A DNA stretch of 64,000 bases from an uncultured bacterium (GTDB taxonomy: Bacteria > Krumholzibacteriota > Krumholzibacteriia > Krumholzibacteriales > Krumholzibacteriaceae), in assembly GCA_963813815.1 (NCBI GenBank), contig CAWFAD010000011.1:32001-96000 (forward strand), in the 5' to 3' direction. Under the pieces are notes generated by a model, which was not told the origin of the DNA, made no database searches, and saw only the letters and a list, made by a program, of their open reading frames with translations. The stretch's first letter is position 1; every line of letters begins with the position of its first letter. Of the stretch, positions 22,364 through 31,528 are shown one piece after another. The position numbers and the translations under genes are program-made.

Positions 22364-23131
22364 ATGCAGAAGCAATTGGTACAACCGCAGAAGAGAGCGC
22401 AGTTCGATAGCGACGCTTACTACGCGACGCTCGCCCTCTCCGATGGCGGCCTCCGAGCAAAACGAAAGCCGTGCGAGGCGAAGGGCGTTCCTCGCTGGGC
22501 AATCGTCGTCGCGGGCTTCGTTCTGCTCGCCATCGGCGGGTATTTCATCAGGTGGACGTCGCATCGCATCGACCATCAGATGCGCGCCGAAATCCTTCTT
22601 CAGGCGAAGATGGTCGCGCAGGCGGTCGATTTCAAGAATGTGGCCGCCCTTTCAGGCACTGATGCCGATCTCTCTTCGCCCGACTACCTGAGGCTCAAAG
22701 AGCAGCTCTCCCTCGTCTGCAAGGCCAATCCAAAATGCCGTTTTATCTATCTCATGGGGCGAAAGTCGGACGGCAATCTCTTCTTCTACGTCGATTCCGA
22801 GGACCCGGGCTCCGATGACTACTCGCCGCCCGGACAAATCTTTGAAGAGGCGACGGAGGATGACCGTCAGGTGTTCGAGGCCGGCGTGGGAAACGCGGAT
22901 GGCGGGCCTTACGAAGACCGCTGGGGCACGTGGATCAGCGCGATGGTCCCGGTGTTCCATCCGGAAACCAGCGATGTGATGGCGGTGCTCGGCATGGATT
23001 TCAACGCCGCTTCATGGAAGCTCGACGTGGCGAGCAAGACGGCCCTGTGGGCGTTGCCCGCGGCGCTCGCGCTGCTTCTCGGAATCGTGCTGCTCGCTCT
23101 TCCCACTCGCTTCGAATGGAGCTACTGTTAA
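22364..23131 (+). CDS. membrane protein: two TM helices flanking an extracytoplasmic sensor-like domain, no cytoplasmic output domain
   Basis: TM - SPDYLRLKEQL...RFIYLM...FYVDSE...GPYEDRWGTWISA...LGMD - TM then stop; resembles sensor N-termini of kinases/cyclases. Confidence 0.6.
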   Translation: MQKQLVQPQKRAQFDSDAYYATLALSDGGLRAKRKPCEAKGVPRWAIVVAGFVLLAIGGYFIRWTSHRIDHQMRAEILLQAKMVAQAVDFKNVAALSGTDADLSSPDYLRLKEQLSLVCKANPKCRFIYLMGRKSDGNLFFYVDSEDPGSDDYSPPGQIFEEATEDDRQVFEAGVGNADGGPYEDRWGTWISAMVPVFHPETSDVMAVLGMDFNAASWKLDVASKTALWALPAALALLLGIVLLALPTRFEWSYC

Positions 23132-23157
23132 TCATCGTGAGTTGGATAGCCGGGTAG

Positions 23158-23188
23158 AAAAAAGCCGGGCGATTCGCCCGGCTTTTTT
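23158..23188. terminator. bidirectional intrinsic terminator
   Basis: AAAAAA-GCCGGGCGA-T-TCGCCCGGC-TTTTTT between convergent genes. Confidence 0.85.
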
Positions 23189-23241
23189 CAGGCAAGCTTG
23201 GGTTGCCGATGCTCCCCAAGCCCGTTTCTTTTGAGGCCGCT

Positions 23242-23853
23242 CTAGTTCGTGGCCGTGGTTGTGGCGACCGGCGGCTGCATGCCGAGGGCCGTCATCGCCT
23301 CGACGACCTTCTCCTTCACCGTATTCGCCTTGGTCATCGCATCGGCCACGTCGCCGGCCGAGAAGGCGGTTTGCGCTTCGGTCCACATCGTGGATGCGGT
23401 CTCGTAAGCGCCCTTGGCGCCGTCGAGCGTCGCTTTGTCCATGCCCGCGGGCAACTTCCTGCCGGCCGATAGGGCGTCGAGCTTGCTCTTGATCTCTTCG
23501 AGCATTGTGGGCATCCCGGCGCTCATCTCTTCCCAGCTTTTTGTGAGCTCGATCTTTTTGGTCTCGGCGAGGGCGATGAGCTCCTTGACCTTGTCGGGGA
23601 GGACCTTGACCGCGGTGAGGACCTCATCGAACTTGTTCTGGCTGAGATTCTCCTTCGCGGACGCGATCGCGTCTTCCACGCCCTTCGCCTCATCGGGGAT
23701 GTACTTCACGAGCTCGACCTTGGCGGCGTTGTAGGCGTCTTCGGCCGCTTGAAGCGCGGTCGTCGCCGCCAGTTTCTTGCCCGCGCCGCAGGCCGCGAGC
23801 ATCAGACACATAACGGAAACGAGAACAGGCAACAGGTGCTTTGTCGACTTCAT
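23242..23853 (-). CDS. alpha-helical hypothetical lipoprotein
   Basis: AAGGAGG RBS, lipobox LAAC, Ala/Lys/Glu-rich helical body. Confidence 0.75.
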   Translation of the reverse strand: MKSTKHLLPVLVSVMCLMLAACGAGKKLAATTALQAAEDAYNAAKVELVKYIPDEAKGVEDAIASAKENLSQNKFDEVLTAVKVLPDKVKELIALAETKKIELTKSWEEMSAGMPTMLEEIKSKLDALSAGRKLPAGMDKATLDGAKGAYETASTMWTEAQTAFSAGDVADAMTKANTVKEKVVEAMTALGMQPPVATTTATN

Positions 23854-23943
23854 CTCGCTTCCTCCTTTCTTTAGGGAAAGGGGAATGCTAAGAGAGAAGC
23901 TCCGGAAATGCAAACAGTATTTAGGAACCGTCTGTTCCGGGCG

Positions 23944-26367
23944 CTACCTCGCGAGCACCATCTTCTTCGTTTCCGAGTAGGCGCCCGTCTCGAGCCGGTA
24001 GAAATACACTCCGCTCGCGACGGCCCGCCCCGATGCGTCGCACCCGTCCCAGATCTCGGTATACCGCCCCGCCGTGCGATGCTCCTCAACGAGCGCGCGA
24101 ACGAGCCGCCCCGCGGGGTCGTAGATGCGGAGCGATACGCGCGCCGGCGTCCCGAGGCCGAACTCGACCCGCGTCATCGGATTGAAAGGATTCGGATAGT
24201 TCTGCGCGAGGTAGCTCGCCTCGGGCGGCGGAGGCGTCTCTCCGCCCGTGATCTGCTCGGGCGCGAGAATCGCGAAGCCGCTCTCGTTTCCATGGATATC
24301 GACCGCCGAGACCTTGTAGTAGTAGCCCACACTCCAGCTCCAGCCCGCGTCGAAGCAGATCGTGTCCTCGGGAGAGGCGATGAGGTTCCCCTCATCGGGA
24401 ATGAAATCCTCCGCGATCCCGCGGTACACGCGATAGCCCGCGAGGTCGGCCTCGGTATTGCCGTCCCACGAGAGCTCGAGGCCGTCGGGCACGTAGCTCT
24501 GCTCGGCCGCGAGGCCGAGAGGCAGGGTAGGGGCGAGGTTGTCGACCGAGTAGCCGCTGTCCGGCGCCGATTTCCAGAACACGAAGGGGTCGGACGTGTG
24601 AGCCACCACCTGGAAGTAATGATACTCGCCGCAAGCGGCGGTCGAGTCGAAGAGAGTGGCCACGGGCTTCCCGTATGCCTCCATGTAGAGCGCGTCGACC
24701 GTCTCCACGAGCTCCCAGAAGTAGGTGAGCGCTCCGATCTGCTCGACCCGTACGACGGGCTTGTCGGCCGCGGTATCGAGCTCGGATAGAGACGCGAGGG
24801 GCGAAACGCCCGAGTCGAGGGCGAGCGCCGCCTGCGTCGGACTGATGGCGCGCCAGATCGAGTAGTACGACATATCGCCCGTCATGAAGAGGTCGGGGCG
24901 GGCCGCGTACCAGGAGAGGTACACCTTGCCTCCCTGATCGCCGGGGACGTCGCGGACGGTGTGGATCTCCGGCGACAGCATGCCGGTGCGACCGAACGTG
25001 TCTATGAATTGAACGTAGATGTCGCCGTTCCCATCGCGGTAATCCGACCATGCGACGATCGCGCCGCCCCTGTTATCTGAGGCGATCACGGGATACTCCT
25101 GCGTCTGTGCCGCGGTGCAAAGAGCGACCCCATCCGCGGCCCATTGAACCGCTCCCGAAGGATTCACTCGCTGGGCGTAGATGTCATAGATCCCGCTGCG
25201 GGCGTCGAACCATGAGATGATGGCGCCGCCGTCGACGTCGGAAGCGATGACGGGATAATACTGAGTCCCGGTCGCCGTGCAGACGGCGATGCCGTTGGCG
25301 ATCCACTGGACGACACCCGAGGCATCCAGCTTTTGAGCGTAGATGTCATAGTTGCTGCCGTTGCGATAGTCGTACCACGAGACGATGGCGCCGCCGGCAT
25401 CGTCGGATACGATGACTGGATAATATTGAGCTCCCGTCGCAGTGCAGAGAGCGACGCCGGTCGTCGTCCATTGAACGACTCCAGAGGCGTTCACGCGCTG
25501 GGCATAGATGTCGTAGTTCGCGCTGCGGTAGTCGTACCACGTGACGATCGCGCCGCCCGTCCCGTCGGAGGCAATGGTGGGATACTGCTGATTCCACGCG
25601 ACGGTACAGAGGGCGACGCCGTCGACGGTCCATTGAGCGACTCCAGAGTTGCTCACTCGCTGAGCATAGATGTCATAGTTGCTGCCGTTGCGATAGTCCT
25701 GCCATGCGACGAGGGCTCCGCCGGCGCCGTCTGAGACGGTGGTGAGAGACAACTGGCCGTTCGCCGCCGCGCAGACGGCGACGCCATTGGCGGTCCACTG
25801 AACGACCCCCGAGGCATTCACCCTCTGAGCATAGACATCGTAGTTGGAGCCGCTCCGGTAGTCGTGCCACGTGATGATCGCGCCGCCGACACCGTCCGAG
25901 ACTATCTTCGGGTTCAACTGATCGCCTGTCCCTGCGCACAGAACCACCCCGTTCGCCGCCCACTGAACGGCTCCCGAGGCATCGACCCTCTGCGCGTAGA
26001 TGTCCCAGCTGGTGCTCGTGCGGTAATCGTGCCATGCGACGATCGCGCCGCCCGCGCCGTCGGAGACGATCGCCGGTACCTGCTGGTCAAACGCCATCGT
26101 GCAAAGAGCGACTCCGTTGGCCGTCCACAAGACTTCTCCAGAGGCGCTCACGCGTTGCGCGTAGATGTCCGTGTTCGAGTTGCGGTAGTCGTTCCACGCG
26201 ATGATCGCGCCGCCCGCGCCGTCGGAGCCGATTGCAGGGCGCAATTGATCTCCCGTGGCCGTACAGAGAGCGACGCCGTTTCCTACCCAATAAGCCCAGA
26301 TCGAAGGCACGGCGATTACGAGCGAACCGAGCGCCAGCGCAAACGCAACCTTCATAGCCTTGCTCAT
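23944..26367 (-). CDS. secreted repeat protein (8 repeats, probable beta-propeller) with FN3-like and C-terminal FlgD-Ig/sorting-type domain
   Basis: Signal peptide, 8 repeats of about 54 aa, DLAGYRVYRG...YKVSAVDIHGNES, LAQNYPNPFNP...WDG...VASGVYFYRL. Confidence 0.85.
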   Translation of the reverse strand: MSKAMKVAFALALGSLVIAVPSIWAYWVGNGVALCTATGDQLRPAIGSDGAGGAIIAWNDYRNSNTDIYAQRVSASGEVLWTANGVALCTMAFDQQVPAIVSDGAGGAIVAWHDYRTSTSWDIYAQRVDASGAVQWAANGVVLCAGTGDQLNPKIVSDGVGGAIITWHDYRSGSNYDVYAQRVNASGVVQWTANGVAVCAAANGQLSLTTVSDGAGGALVAWQDYRNGSNYDIYAQRVSNSGVAQWTVDGVALCTVAWNQQYPTIASDGTGGAIVTWYDYRSANYDIYAQRVNASGVVQWTTTGVALCTATGAQYYPVIVSDDAGGAIVSWYDYRNGSNYDIYAQKLDASGVVQWIANGIAVCTATGTQYYPVIASDVDGGAIISWFDARSGIYDIYAQRVNPSGAVQWAADGVALCTAAQTQEYPVIASDNRGGAIVAWSDYRDGNGDIYVQFIDTFGRTGMLSPEIHTVRDVPGDQGGKVYLSWYAARPDLFMTGDMSYYSIWRAISPTQAALALDSGVSPLASLSELDTAADKPVVRVEQIGALTYFWELVETVDALYMEAYGKPVATLFDSTAACGEYHYFQVVAHTSDPFVFWKSAPDSGYSVDNLAPTLPLGLAAEQSYVPDGLELSWDGNTEADLAGYRVYRGIAEDFIPDEGNLIASPEDTICFDAGWSWSVGYYYKVSAVDIHGNESGFAILAPEQITGGETPPPPEASYLAQNYPNPFNPMTRVEFGLGTPARVSLRIYDPAGRLVRALVEEHRTAGRYTEIWDGCDASGRAVASGVYFYRLETGAYSETKKMVLAR
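24991..26289 (-). repeat. 8 tandem coding repeats of about 162-165 bp
   Basis: Consensus W-x-x-NGVALCTA-x3-Q-x2-P-x-I-x-SDG-x-GGAI-x2-W-x-DYR-x4/5-DIYAQRV-x-ASG. Confidence 0.9.
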
Positions 26368-26575
26368 GGTCGTTTCTCCCTTCAAGGATGAATTTCGAAG
26401 CTATTTATTTATAGTAGCATACAGCGACAGCCTCATAAAGCAGAATATATGGCTTCGAAGAGCTTGCTGCCCGCCTTTTGGCTTTGACTCGGCGCGCCAT
26501 GCGCAATACACTGGTCTCGGTGGCGCAATGCTCATTCACCTATGAGACGCGTCTCCGTAAGATGAACCGGGAGCC

Positions 26576-27715
26576 GTGAGCGGGGTTCTCATGAAGCACC
26601 GCTACGTCGCGCTGGATTGGATGCGCGGGATCGTCATGATCCTCATGGCCTTGGACCACGCCTCCGGCGCGTTCAACAAGAGCAGACTCTTCACCGACTC
26701 GTTCTATCTCTATGAAACCGGCATGAGGCTTCCGGCGCTTCAGTTCTTCACGAGATGGATCACCCACATCTGCGCGCCGACGTTTCTCTTTCTCGCCGGG
26801 ACCGCCCTTGCCCTGAGCTTGGAGCGGCGGGGGAGAGCCGGCGAGTCGAACGCCTCCATCGACCGTTACTTGTTGACGCGGGGGCTCATCATCGCCGCGC
26901 TCGATCCGATTCTCATTTCATGGCTCTTCGGCTACGGCGGGATCATGTTTCAGGTCCTCTATGCGATCGGCATATCGCTCATTGTGATGATCCCGCTGAG
27001 GCGTCTCGGATCGAGTTGGCTCTTGGGAACATCCATGGGGTTCATTCTGCTGAGCGAAGCCCTGACCGGAATCCTGCACAGTCTCAACAACGGTCGGCCC
27101 ACGGCGATAGGAACCCTATTGATCCACGGCGGCGTGTATCCTCGTCTCATCGTCTCGTATCCGGTGTTCCCATGGCTCGCGGTGATGATGCTGGGCTTCG
27201 TGTTCGGGAAGAGGCTGCTGCGCTTCAGAGACTCCGGATCGACGCGATGGTCTCCTGCAAAGGCGCTTTTAGCGAGCGGAGCAGCCTCATTGCTCGCATT
27301 CAGCGTCATACGAGATTTAAATGGCTATGGGAATATGATGCTTCTCAGGGAGAGCGGCTCTCTCATCCAATGGCTTCACGTCAGCAAATACCCACCGAGC
27401 TTGTCGTTTCTGACGCTGGAGCTCGGACTGATGGCGCTCGTTCTGAGCCTATTATTCGGGCTTCAAGGCAGGTCCCGCGGACCGATACGGATAAATAGTC
27501 CGATACTCGTTTTCGGGCAGACGGCATTCTTTTTCTATATTCTGCATATCGTGATTCTCGAGCTTTCGGCTCGGGGCCTGCGCGTCCATGCGAGCAGGGG
27601 CCTGGGAACCGCGTACCTAGCGGCGGTGGCCGTTCTCGTTCTTCTCTATCCCTGCTGTCTCTGGTATCGGCGCCATAAGGCTTCCCACCCGAATGGCTGG
27701 GCGCGCTATGTTTAG
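26576..27715 (+). CDS. DUF1624 / heparan-alpha-glucosaminide N-acetyltransferase-like membrane protein
   Basis: LDWMRGIVMILMALDH, FFTRWITHICAPTFLFLAG, KYPPSL motifs. Confidence 0.85.
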   Translation: MSGVLMKHRYVALDWMRGIVMILMALDHASGAFNKSRLFTDSFYLYETGMRLPALQFFTRWITHICAPTFLFLAGTALALSLERRGRAGESNASIDRYLLTRGLIIAALDPILISWLFGYGGIMFQVLYAIGISLIVMIPLRRLGSSWLLGTSMGFILLSEALTGILHSLNNGRPTAIGTLLIHGGVYPRLIVSYPVFPWLAVMMLGFVFGKRLLRFRDSGSTRWSPAKALLASGAASLLAFSVIRDLNGYGNMMLLRESGSLIQWLHVSKYPPSLSFLTLELGLMALVLSLLFGLQGRSRGPIRINSPILVFGQTAFFFYILHIVILELSARGLRVHASRGLGTAYLAAVAVLVLLYPCCLWYRRHKASHPNGWARYV

Positions 27716-27798
27716 AGCCCGGGCGACGCTCGATCGATCCCCCCGCGGCGGAGGGGGCGAGAGGCCCATCGAGCGGGACACAGGAGAGCCTAGCCGTT

Positions 27799-29553
27799 TT
27801 ACTGAATCTCCCTCGACTGCTCGTCGAAAAGGACGCGGTAGAGGCCGCCCGCCTGATAGAGCGTGTTGTGCGTGCCCGACTCGACCAGCCTGCCTTCGCT
27901 CAGCACGAAGATACGGTCCGCGTTCGTCACGCTCGTGAGGCGGTGGGCGATGATGATGACGGTTTGGCCTCTCACCTTCTCGAAGTAGCTCCCGAGCACC
28001 TGCCGCTCCGTGCGCGGATCGAGGGCGGAGGTGGCCTCGTCGAGGACGTGGATGCGGGGCGCCTTGAGGAGCGACCGCGCGAGCGCGAGCCGCTGGCGCT
28101 CTCCGCCCGAGAGGCGGAGCCCCTGCTGGCCGACGATCGTCTCGAGCCCCTCCGGCAGATTCGCGAGAAACTCCCCGAGAGAGGCCGTCTCCATGGCCGC
28201 GACGAGCTCCGCCTCCGTGGCCCGCGGCCGGGCCATCCGCAGGTTCCCCGCGATCGTGTCGTGAAACAGCTGCGTCTCCTGCGGAACGACGCCGATCGCG
28301 CGGCGGAGGCTCTTGAGCTTCCAGCGCCTGAGGTCGAGATCGTCGATGTAGACCGCGCCTTGCTGCGGATCGAGGTAACGGGCGATGATCGCGGCGAGCG
28401 TGGATTTGCCGCTTCCCGAGGGACCGACGAGCGCGATCACCTGCCCCGGCTCCACCGAGAGACTGATATTCTCTATCGCCCTCGCGCCGTTGGGCCACGT
28501 GAGGCCGACCTGCTCGAGGCGGATCGCGCCCGTGACGCGGGGCGGCGCCGTCGCCTCCGCGTGCTCCTGAATCTGCGGTTCCGTGTCGATGAGGTCGTAC
28601 ACTCGGGCGAGCGACGCCCTCGCCATCTGGAGCTCGATGTTGATGTCGATGAGCTGCGAGATCGGCCGGTAGAGACGGCTCGCGAGCGTGTAGAACGCCA
28701 CGAGACTGCCGAGGCTGAGCGTTCCGCCGAGCACCCGTCTGCCTCCCATGAGAAATACGAGGATAAAGGCGCCGGTCGACATGACGTCCGCGAGCGAGAC
28801 TTGTCCCGCGCCGATCACGGAGAGGGCGAGGTTGCTGCGGATCCACGGCCGCGACACGCGGACGAGGCGGCGGGTCTCGGCCTTCTCCCGGATAAGTTCC
28901 TGAACGAGGCGGATGCTCGAAATCCGCTCCTCGAGAAACGAGAAGAGGTCGGAGATCGCGTCCCTCGCCTTGATTCCCTCTTCCTGAATGCGGTGGTTGA
29001 TTTTCGCGAGGATGGCGACGAGGAACGGATAGACGAGGAGGAGCAGGAGCGTGAGGCTCGGATCGATCCAGAAGAGGATCGTCAATATCCCGACGATCGT
29101 CAAAACGTCCTGAATCGCGTTGACGATCGTGTGGGCGGCCGCGTGCTGGAGCACGTCGATGTCGGAGCTGATTCTCGCGAGTATGTCGCCCGTCTGCTCT
29201 CCGCGGAAGAAGAAGGGGGAGAGGCGTTCGACGTGCTCGAAGGCCTGCCGGCGGTAGTCGAAGAGGATCCGAAGCCCCGAGTAGCTGTAGAGCCAGACCG
29301 AGATGAGACGGAATCCCGTGCGAAAGACGAGCACGCCGAGAAGTATGGACACGAGCATGAGAAGAAGCGAGTAGTTGCCGTCGCCGATCGCGCGGTCGAT
29401 GATGGTTCGCAGGATCAGCGGATCGATCAGGTTGAGAAAGACGTTGATGATGAGGCAGACCGCGATTTCGGCCTGAAGGCCGTAGTAGGGGCTCACGCGC
29501 TCGCGGAGGAAGCGCCGCAAGAGCCCGCGTCGGCTGGGATTCGCCTGTTTCAT
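27799..29553 (-). CDS. ABC exporter (TMD+NBD), no N-terminal C39 peptidase domain; putative RiPP exporter
   Basis: 6-TM domain, GPSGSGKST, LSGGERQR, LDEATSALD; 584 aa; overlaps HlyD stop. Confidence 0.9.
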   Translation of the reverse strand: MKQANPSRRGLLRRFLRERVSPYYGLQAEIAVCLIINVFLNLIDPLILRTIIDRAIGDGNYSLLLMLVSILLGVLVFRTGFRLISVWLYSYSGLRILFDYRRQAFEHVERLSPFFFRGEQTGDILARISSDIDVLQHAAAHTIVNAIQDVLTIVGILTILFWIDPSLTLLLLLVYPFLVAILAKINHRIQEEGIKARDAISDLFSFLEERISSIRLVQELIREKAETRRLVRVSRPWIRSNLALSVIGAGQVSLADVMSTGAFILVFLMGGRRVLGGTLSLGSLVAFYTLASRLYRPISQLIDINIELQMARASLARVYDLIDTEPQIQEHAEATAPPRVTGAIRLEQVGLTWPNGARAIENISLSVEPGQVIALVGPSGSGKSTLAAIIARYLDPQQGAVYIDDLDLRRWKLKSLRRAIGVVPQETQLFHDTIAGNLRMARPRATEAELVAAMETASLGEFLANLPEGLETIVGQQGLRLSGGERQRLALARSLLKAPRIHVLDEATSALDPRTERQVLGSYFEKVRGQTVIIIAHRLTSVTNADRIFVLSEGRLVESGTHNTLYQAGGLYRVLFDEQSREIQ

Positions 29554-30620
29554 CGCTTCTTCGTCCCGGCGAGCCTTTCGATGAGGAGGTGGCCGAGAGA
29601 GACCTTCTCATCGACGATGATCCGCGCCTGCCCTTTCATTCCGTCATAGAGCGGGCCCGGCGCGGTCGAGGGGTCGAAGGACACCTTTACGGGAAAGCCG
29701 CCGCCGCTCCGGCAGTCGTCCACGAAATCGAGCCGCCCGGCGAGGGTGCCGTGGAGAAGCCAAGGGTATCCCTCGAGCCGGATTTTGACCCTGTGTCCGG
29801 GACGCGCGGAGGCGCGGCCGGCGTCGAAGACGGCGCCCTCGAAGCGGTCGGCCGGGCCGGTCGAGAGGCGCAGTATCTCCTCGCCGCGCGTTACGGTTCG
29901 TCCCATGAGCTCGAAGAGGTTCGCGCCGAGCACGATCCCCCGGGTATCCGCCGCGAGCGTGTCGAGGGCGAGCATGCGGTCCGTTTCACCCACAGCCGCG
30001 CGCTCCTCGGCGATTTGCCCGGCGAGATTCCGAATTTCCCCGTCGAGCTTCTCGATTTGGTCCCGATGCCGCGCTTCGAGCACGGGGCCCGCGGCCTCGG
30101 CTTCCTTGAGCGCCACCCGGGCGAGATCGAGGGCGAGCTCGGAATCCTGAAGCTCCAGCTTCGTCGTGAGCCCCATGTCCCAGAGCTGCTTCTTGAGATC
30201 GAACTGTATCTCGGCGCTCGAAAGCTCGAGCCGGCTCCGCTCGAGATCCCGCGAGGCTTGGAGAACCTCGGCGGGGTGGATCTGCGAGGCGAGTCGCCCG
30301 CGCTCGGCTCGGAGCACGACGATGCGGTCCGACAGGTTCGCGATCCGCGCCCTGATCTGCTCGTCCTGCGCGCGGAGCGGGGAGGACTCGAATGCGACGA
30401 GCGGCGCGCCGGCCCTAACGCTGTCCCCCGGCGCCACGAAAATCCCTTCGACGCGGCCTTCCCACGGCGCATACACAGCGACGGTGCCGCCGGCGAGACG
30501 GCCCTCGGCGATGACGACCCGGTCGATTCGCACAAAGAGGAGGAGACAGACCACGGCGACGAAAAGGCAGGAGCCGAGCGTCAAAAGGGGACGCAAAAGA
30601 GGCAGTGGGCGACGATGCAT
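29550..30620 (-). CDS. HlyD-family membrane fusion (secretion adaptor) protein
   Basis: N-terminal TM then VVIAEGRL, lipoyl-like VAPGDSVRAGAPL, long coiled coil, VKIRLEGYP..HGTLAG, GMKGQARI. Confidence 0.85.
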   Translation of the reverse strand: MHRRPLPLLRPLLTLGSCLFVAVVCLLLFVRIDRVVIAEGRLAGGTVAVYAPWEGRVEGIFVAPGDSVRAGAPLVAFESSPLRAQDEQIRARIANLSDRIVVLRAERGRLASQIHPAEVLQASRDLERSRLELSSAEIQFDLKKQLWDMGLTTKLELQDSELALDLARVALKEAEAAGPVLEARHRDQIEKLDGEIRNLAGQIAEERAAVGETDRMLALDTLAADTRGIVLGANLFELMGRTVTRGEEILRLSTGPADRFEGAVFDAGRASARPGHRVKIRLEGYPWLLHGTLAGRLDFVDDCRSGGGFPVKVSFDPSTAPGPLYDGMKGQARIIVDEKVSLGHLLIERLAGTKKR

Positions 30621-30678
30621 AAACCTCGCCGTGGGGTTAGAAGACTATTAACTGCGGTCGCGGCCTCGGAGCTTCGAC

Positions 30679-30789
30679 TCAGAGAGGGCCGATTTCGCAC
30701 GCGGGCGGATACTCGGCGCACTGCATGCAGTGCGTGAGCGGCGGTTTCACGTGCGCGATGTTCGTGGAATGCTTGACGACGAACTTCAT
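30679..30789 (-). CDS. putative RiPP precursor P6: MKFVVKHSTNIAHVKPPLTHCMQCAEYPPACEIGPL
   Basis: Hand-translated; GAGGTG RBS; shared leader and TxCxxCxExPxxC core. Confidence 0.88.
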   Translation of the reverse strand: MKFVVKHSTNIAHVKPPLTHCMQCAEYPPACEIGPL

Positions 30790-30816
30790 TTATTTTCACC
30801 TCTTCGATGGGACGAA

Positions 30817-30843
30817 GTGGCGCGGTCGCAGGGACCGCGCCAC
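30817..30843 (-). terminator. GC-rich hairpin between P5 and P6 (attenuator or mRNA-stabilising stem)
   Basis: GTGGCGCGGTC-GCAGG-GACCGCGCCAC, 11-bp perfect stem, only a short U tract. Confidence 0.5.
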
Positions 30844-30884
30844 TCGCCGAGCCATATCGATCGACGATTATCGAGAAATCGCGA

Positions 30885-30992
30885 TCAAATGGGGTCGATG
30901 ACGCAGGCTGCCGGATTCTCCTTGCAGAGCCAGCACAGCGTATAGTTGACCCTCTTCGCCACCTCGGCGTTACGCTTTACGACGAACTTCAT
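30885..30992 (-). CDS. putative RiPP precursor P5: MKFVVKRNAEVAKRVNYTLCWLCKENPAACVIDPI
   Basis: Hand-translated; GGGAGG RBS; shared leader and core. Confidence 0.88.
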   Translation of the reverse strand: MKFVVKRNAEVAKRVNYTLCWLCKENPAACVIDPI

Positions 30993-31038
30993 TGTTTCCC
31001 TCCCTTCCCTTTCCTTGCCCGTACGGGCTCACCTGGCG

Positions 31039-31137
31039 CTAGAAGCAGAATATGGGGTTTTCCGAGCACTGGGCGCAGCGGGTCGTGGGACCATTATGCG
31101 GTCCGACGCCGTTACGGCCGAGAACGATGAACTTCAT
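31039..31137 (-). CDS. putative RiPP precursor P4: MKFIVLGRNGVGPHNGPTTRCAQCSENPIFCF
   Basis: Hand-translated; GAGGAG RBS; shared leader and core. Confidence 0.88.
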   Translation of the reverse strand: MKFIVLGRNGVGPHNGPTTRCAQCSENPIFCF

Positions 31138-31194
31138 GAGGATCGCTCCTCTCGCAACGATTGGAGATACGGCAGCCGAAATTTAGAGAGTCCC

Positions 31195-31211
31195 TTGAAC
31201 AATCAGTTCAA
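31195..31211. promoter_or_regulatory. inverted repeat TTGAAC-N5-GTTCAA, candidate operator
   Basis: Perfect 6-bp palindromic arms just downstream of the predicted internal promoter. Confidence 0.4.
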
Positions 31212-31224
31212 AAATAACCCTTTA

Positions 31225-31253
31225 ATTTTGTCATAGAGCGCGGCGGGAGTCAA
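31225..31253 (-). promoter_or_regulatory. sigma-70-like promoter for P4-P6-hlyD-ABC
   Basis: TTGACT-17 nt-CAAAAT with a TG extended -10 element. Confidence 0.5.
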
Positions 31254-31275
31254 GGTATTTGGGAGTGGCCCGCGG

Positions 31276-31314
31276 AAAGGGAAATGGCGCGCTCCCGGAG
31301 GAGCGCGCCATTCC
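31276..31314 (-). terminator. intrinsic terminator after P1-P3
   Basis: Minus strand GGAATGGCGCGCTCC-TCCG-GGAGCGCGCCATTTC followed by CCTTT. Confidence 0.6.
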
Positions 31315-31388
31315 ATGGCGCATTCTCAGCACTTCGGAAATCCGCAAAGTGCTTGCGGGCACCGATGCTCATCGCGCGCCGGCTCCGA

Positions 31389-31487
31389 TCAGTAGCAGGC
31401 GAGTGGATTCTCCTTGCAGAGAAAGCACATTGTGATCCTCGGCATGGCCGATTTGCGCGTCTCGGCGGGCTTTACGACGAACTTCAT
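31389..31487 (-). CDS. putative RiPP precursor P3: MKFVVKPAETRKSAMPRITMCFLCKENPLACY
   Basis: Hand-translated; AAGGAGGTG RBS; shared leader and core. Confidence 0.88.
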   Translation of the reverse strand: MKFVVKPAETRKSAMPRITMCFLCKENPLACY

Positions 31488-31490
31488 ACT

Positions 31491-31514
31491 TCACCTCCTT
31501 ACGATGAACTTGAT
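31491..31514 (-). pseudogene. relic leader fragment ATC-AAG-TTC-ATC-GTA-AGG-AGG-TGA (IKFIVRR*)
   Basis: Matches the precursor start ATG AAG TTC ATC GT except ATG>ATC; preceded by GAGGGGG. Confidence 0.45.
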
Positions 31515-31528
31515 GTGTTCCCCCTCGC

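Noticed and set aside
24991..26289. Diversity-generating retroelement or non-coding repeat array
   Set aside because: Repeats are in-frame protein repeats and no reverse transcriptase is present.
31195..31211. LexA box of the GAAC-N4-GTTC type
   Set aside because: The spacer is 5 nt, not 4; kept only as a generic candidate operator.
31250..31372. Short minus-strand ORF MSIGARKHF... between P3 and P4
   Set aside because: No leader or Cys motif, no clear RBS, and it runs through the terminator hairpin.
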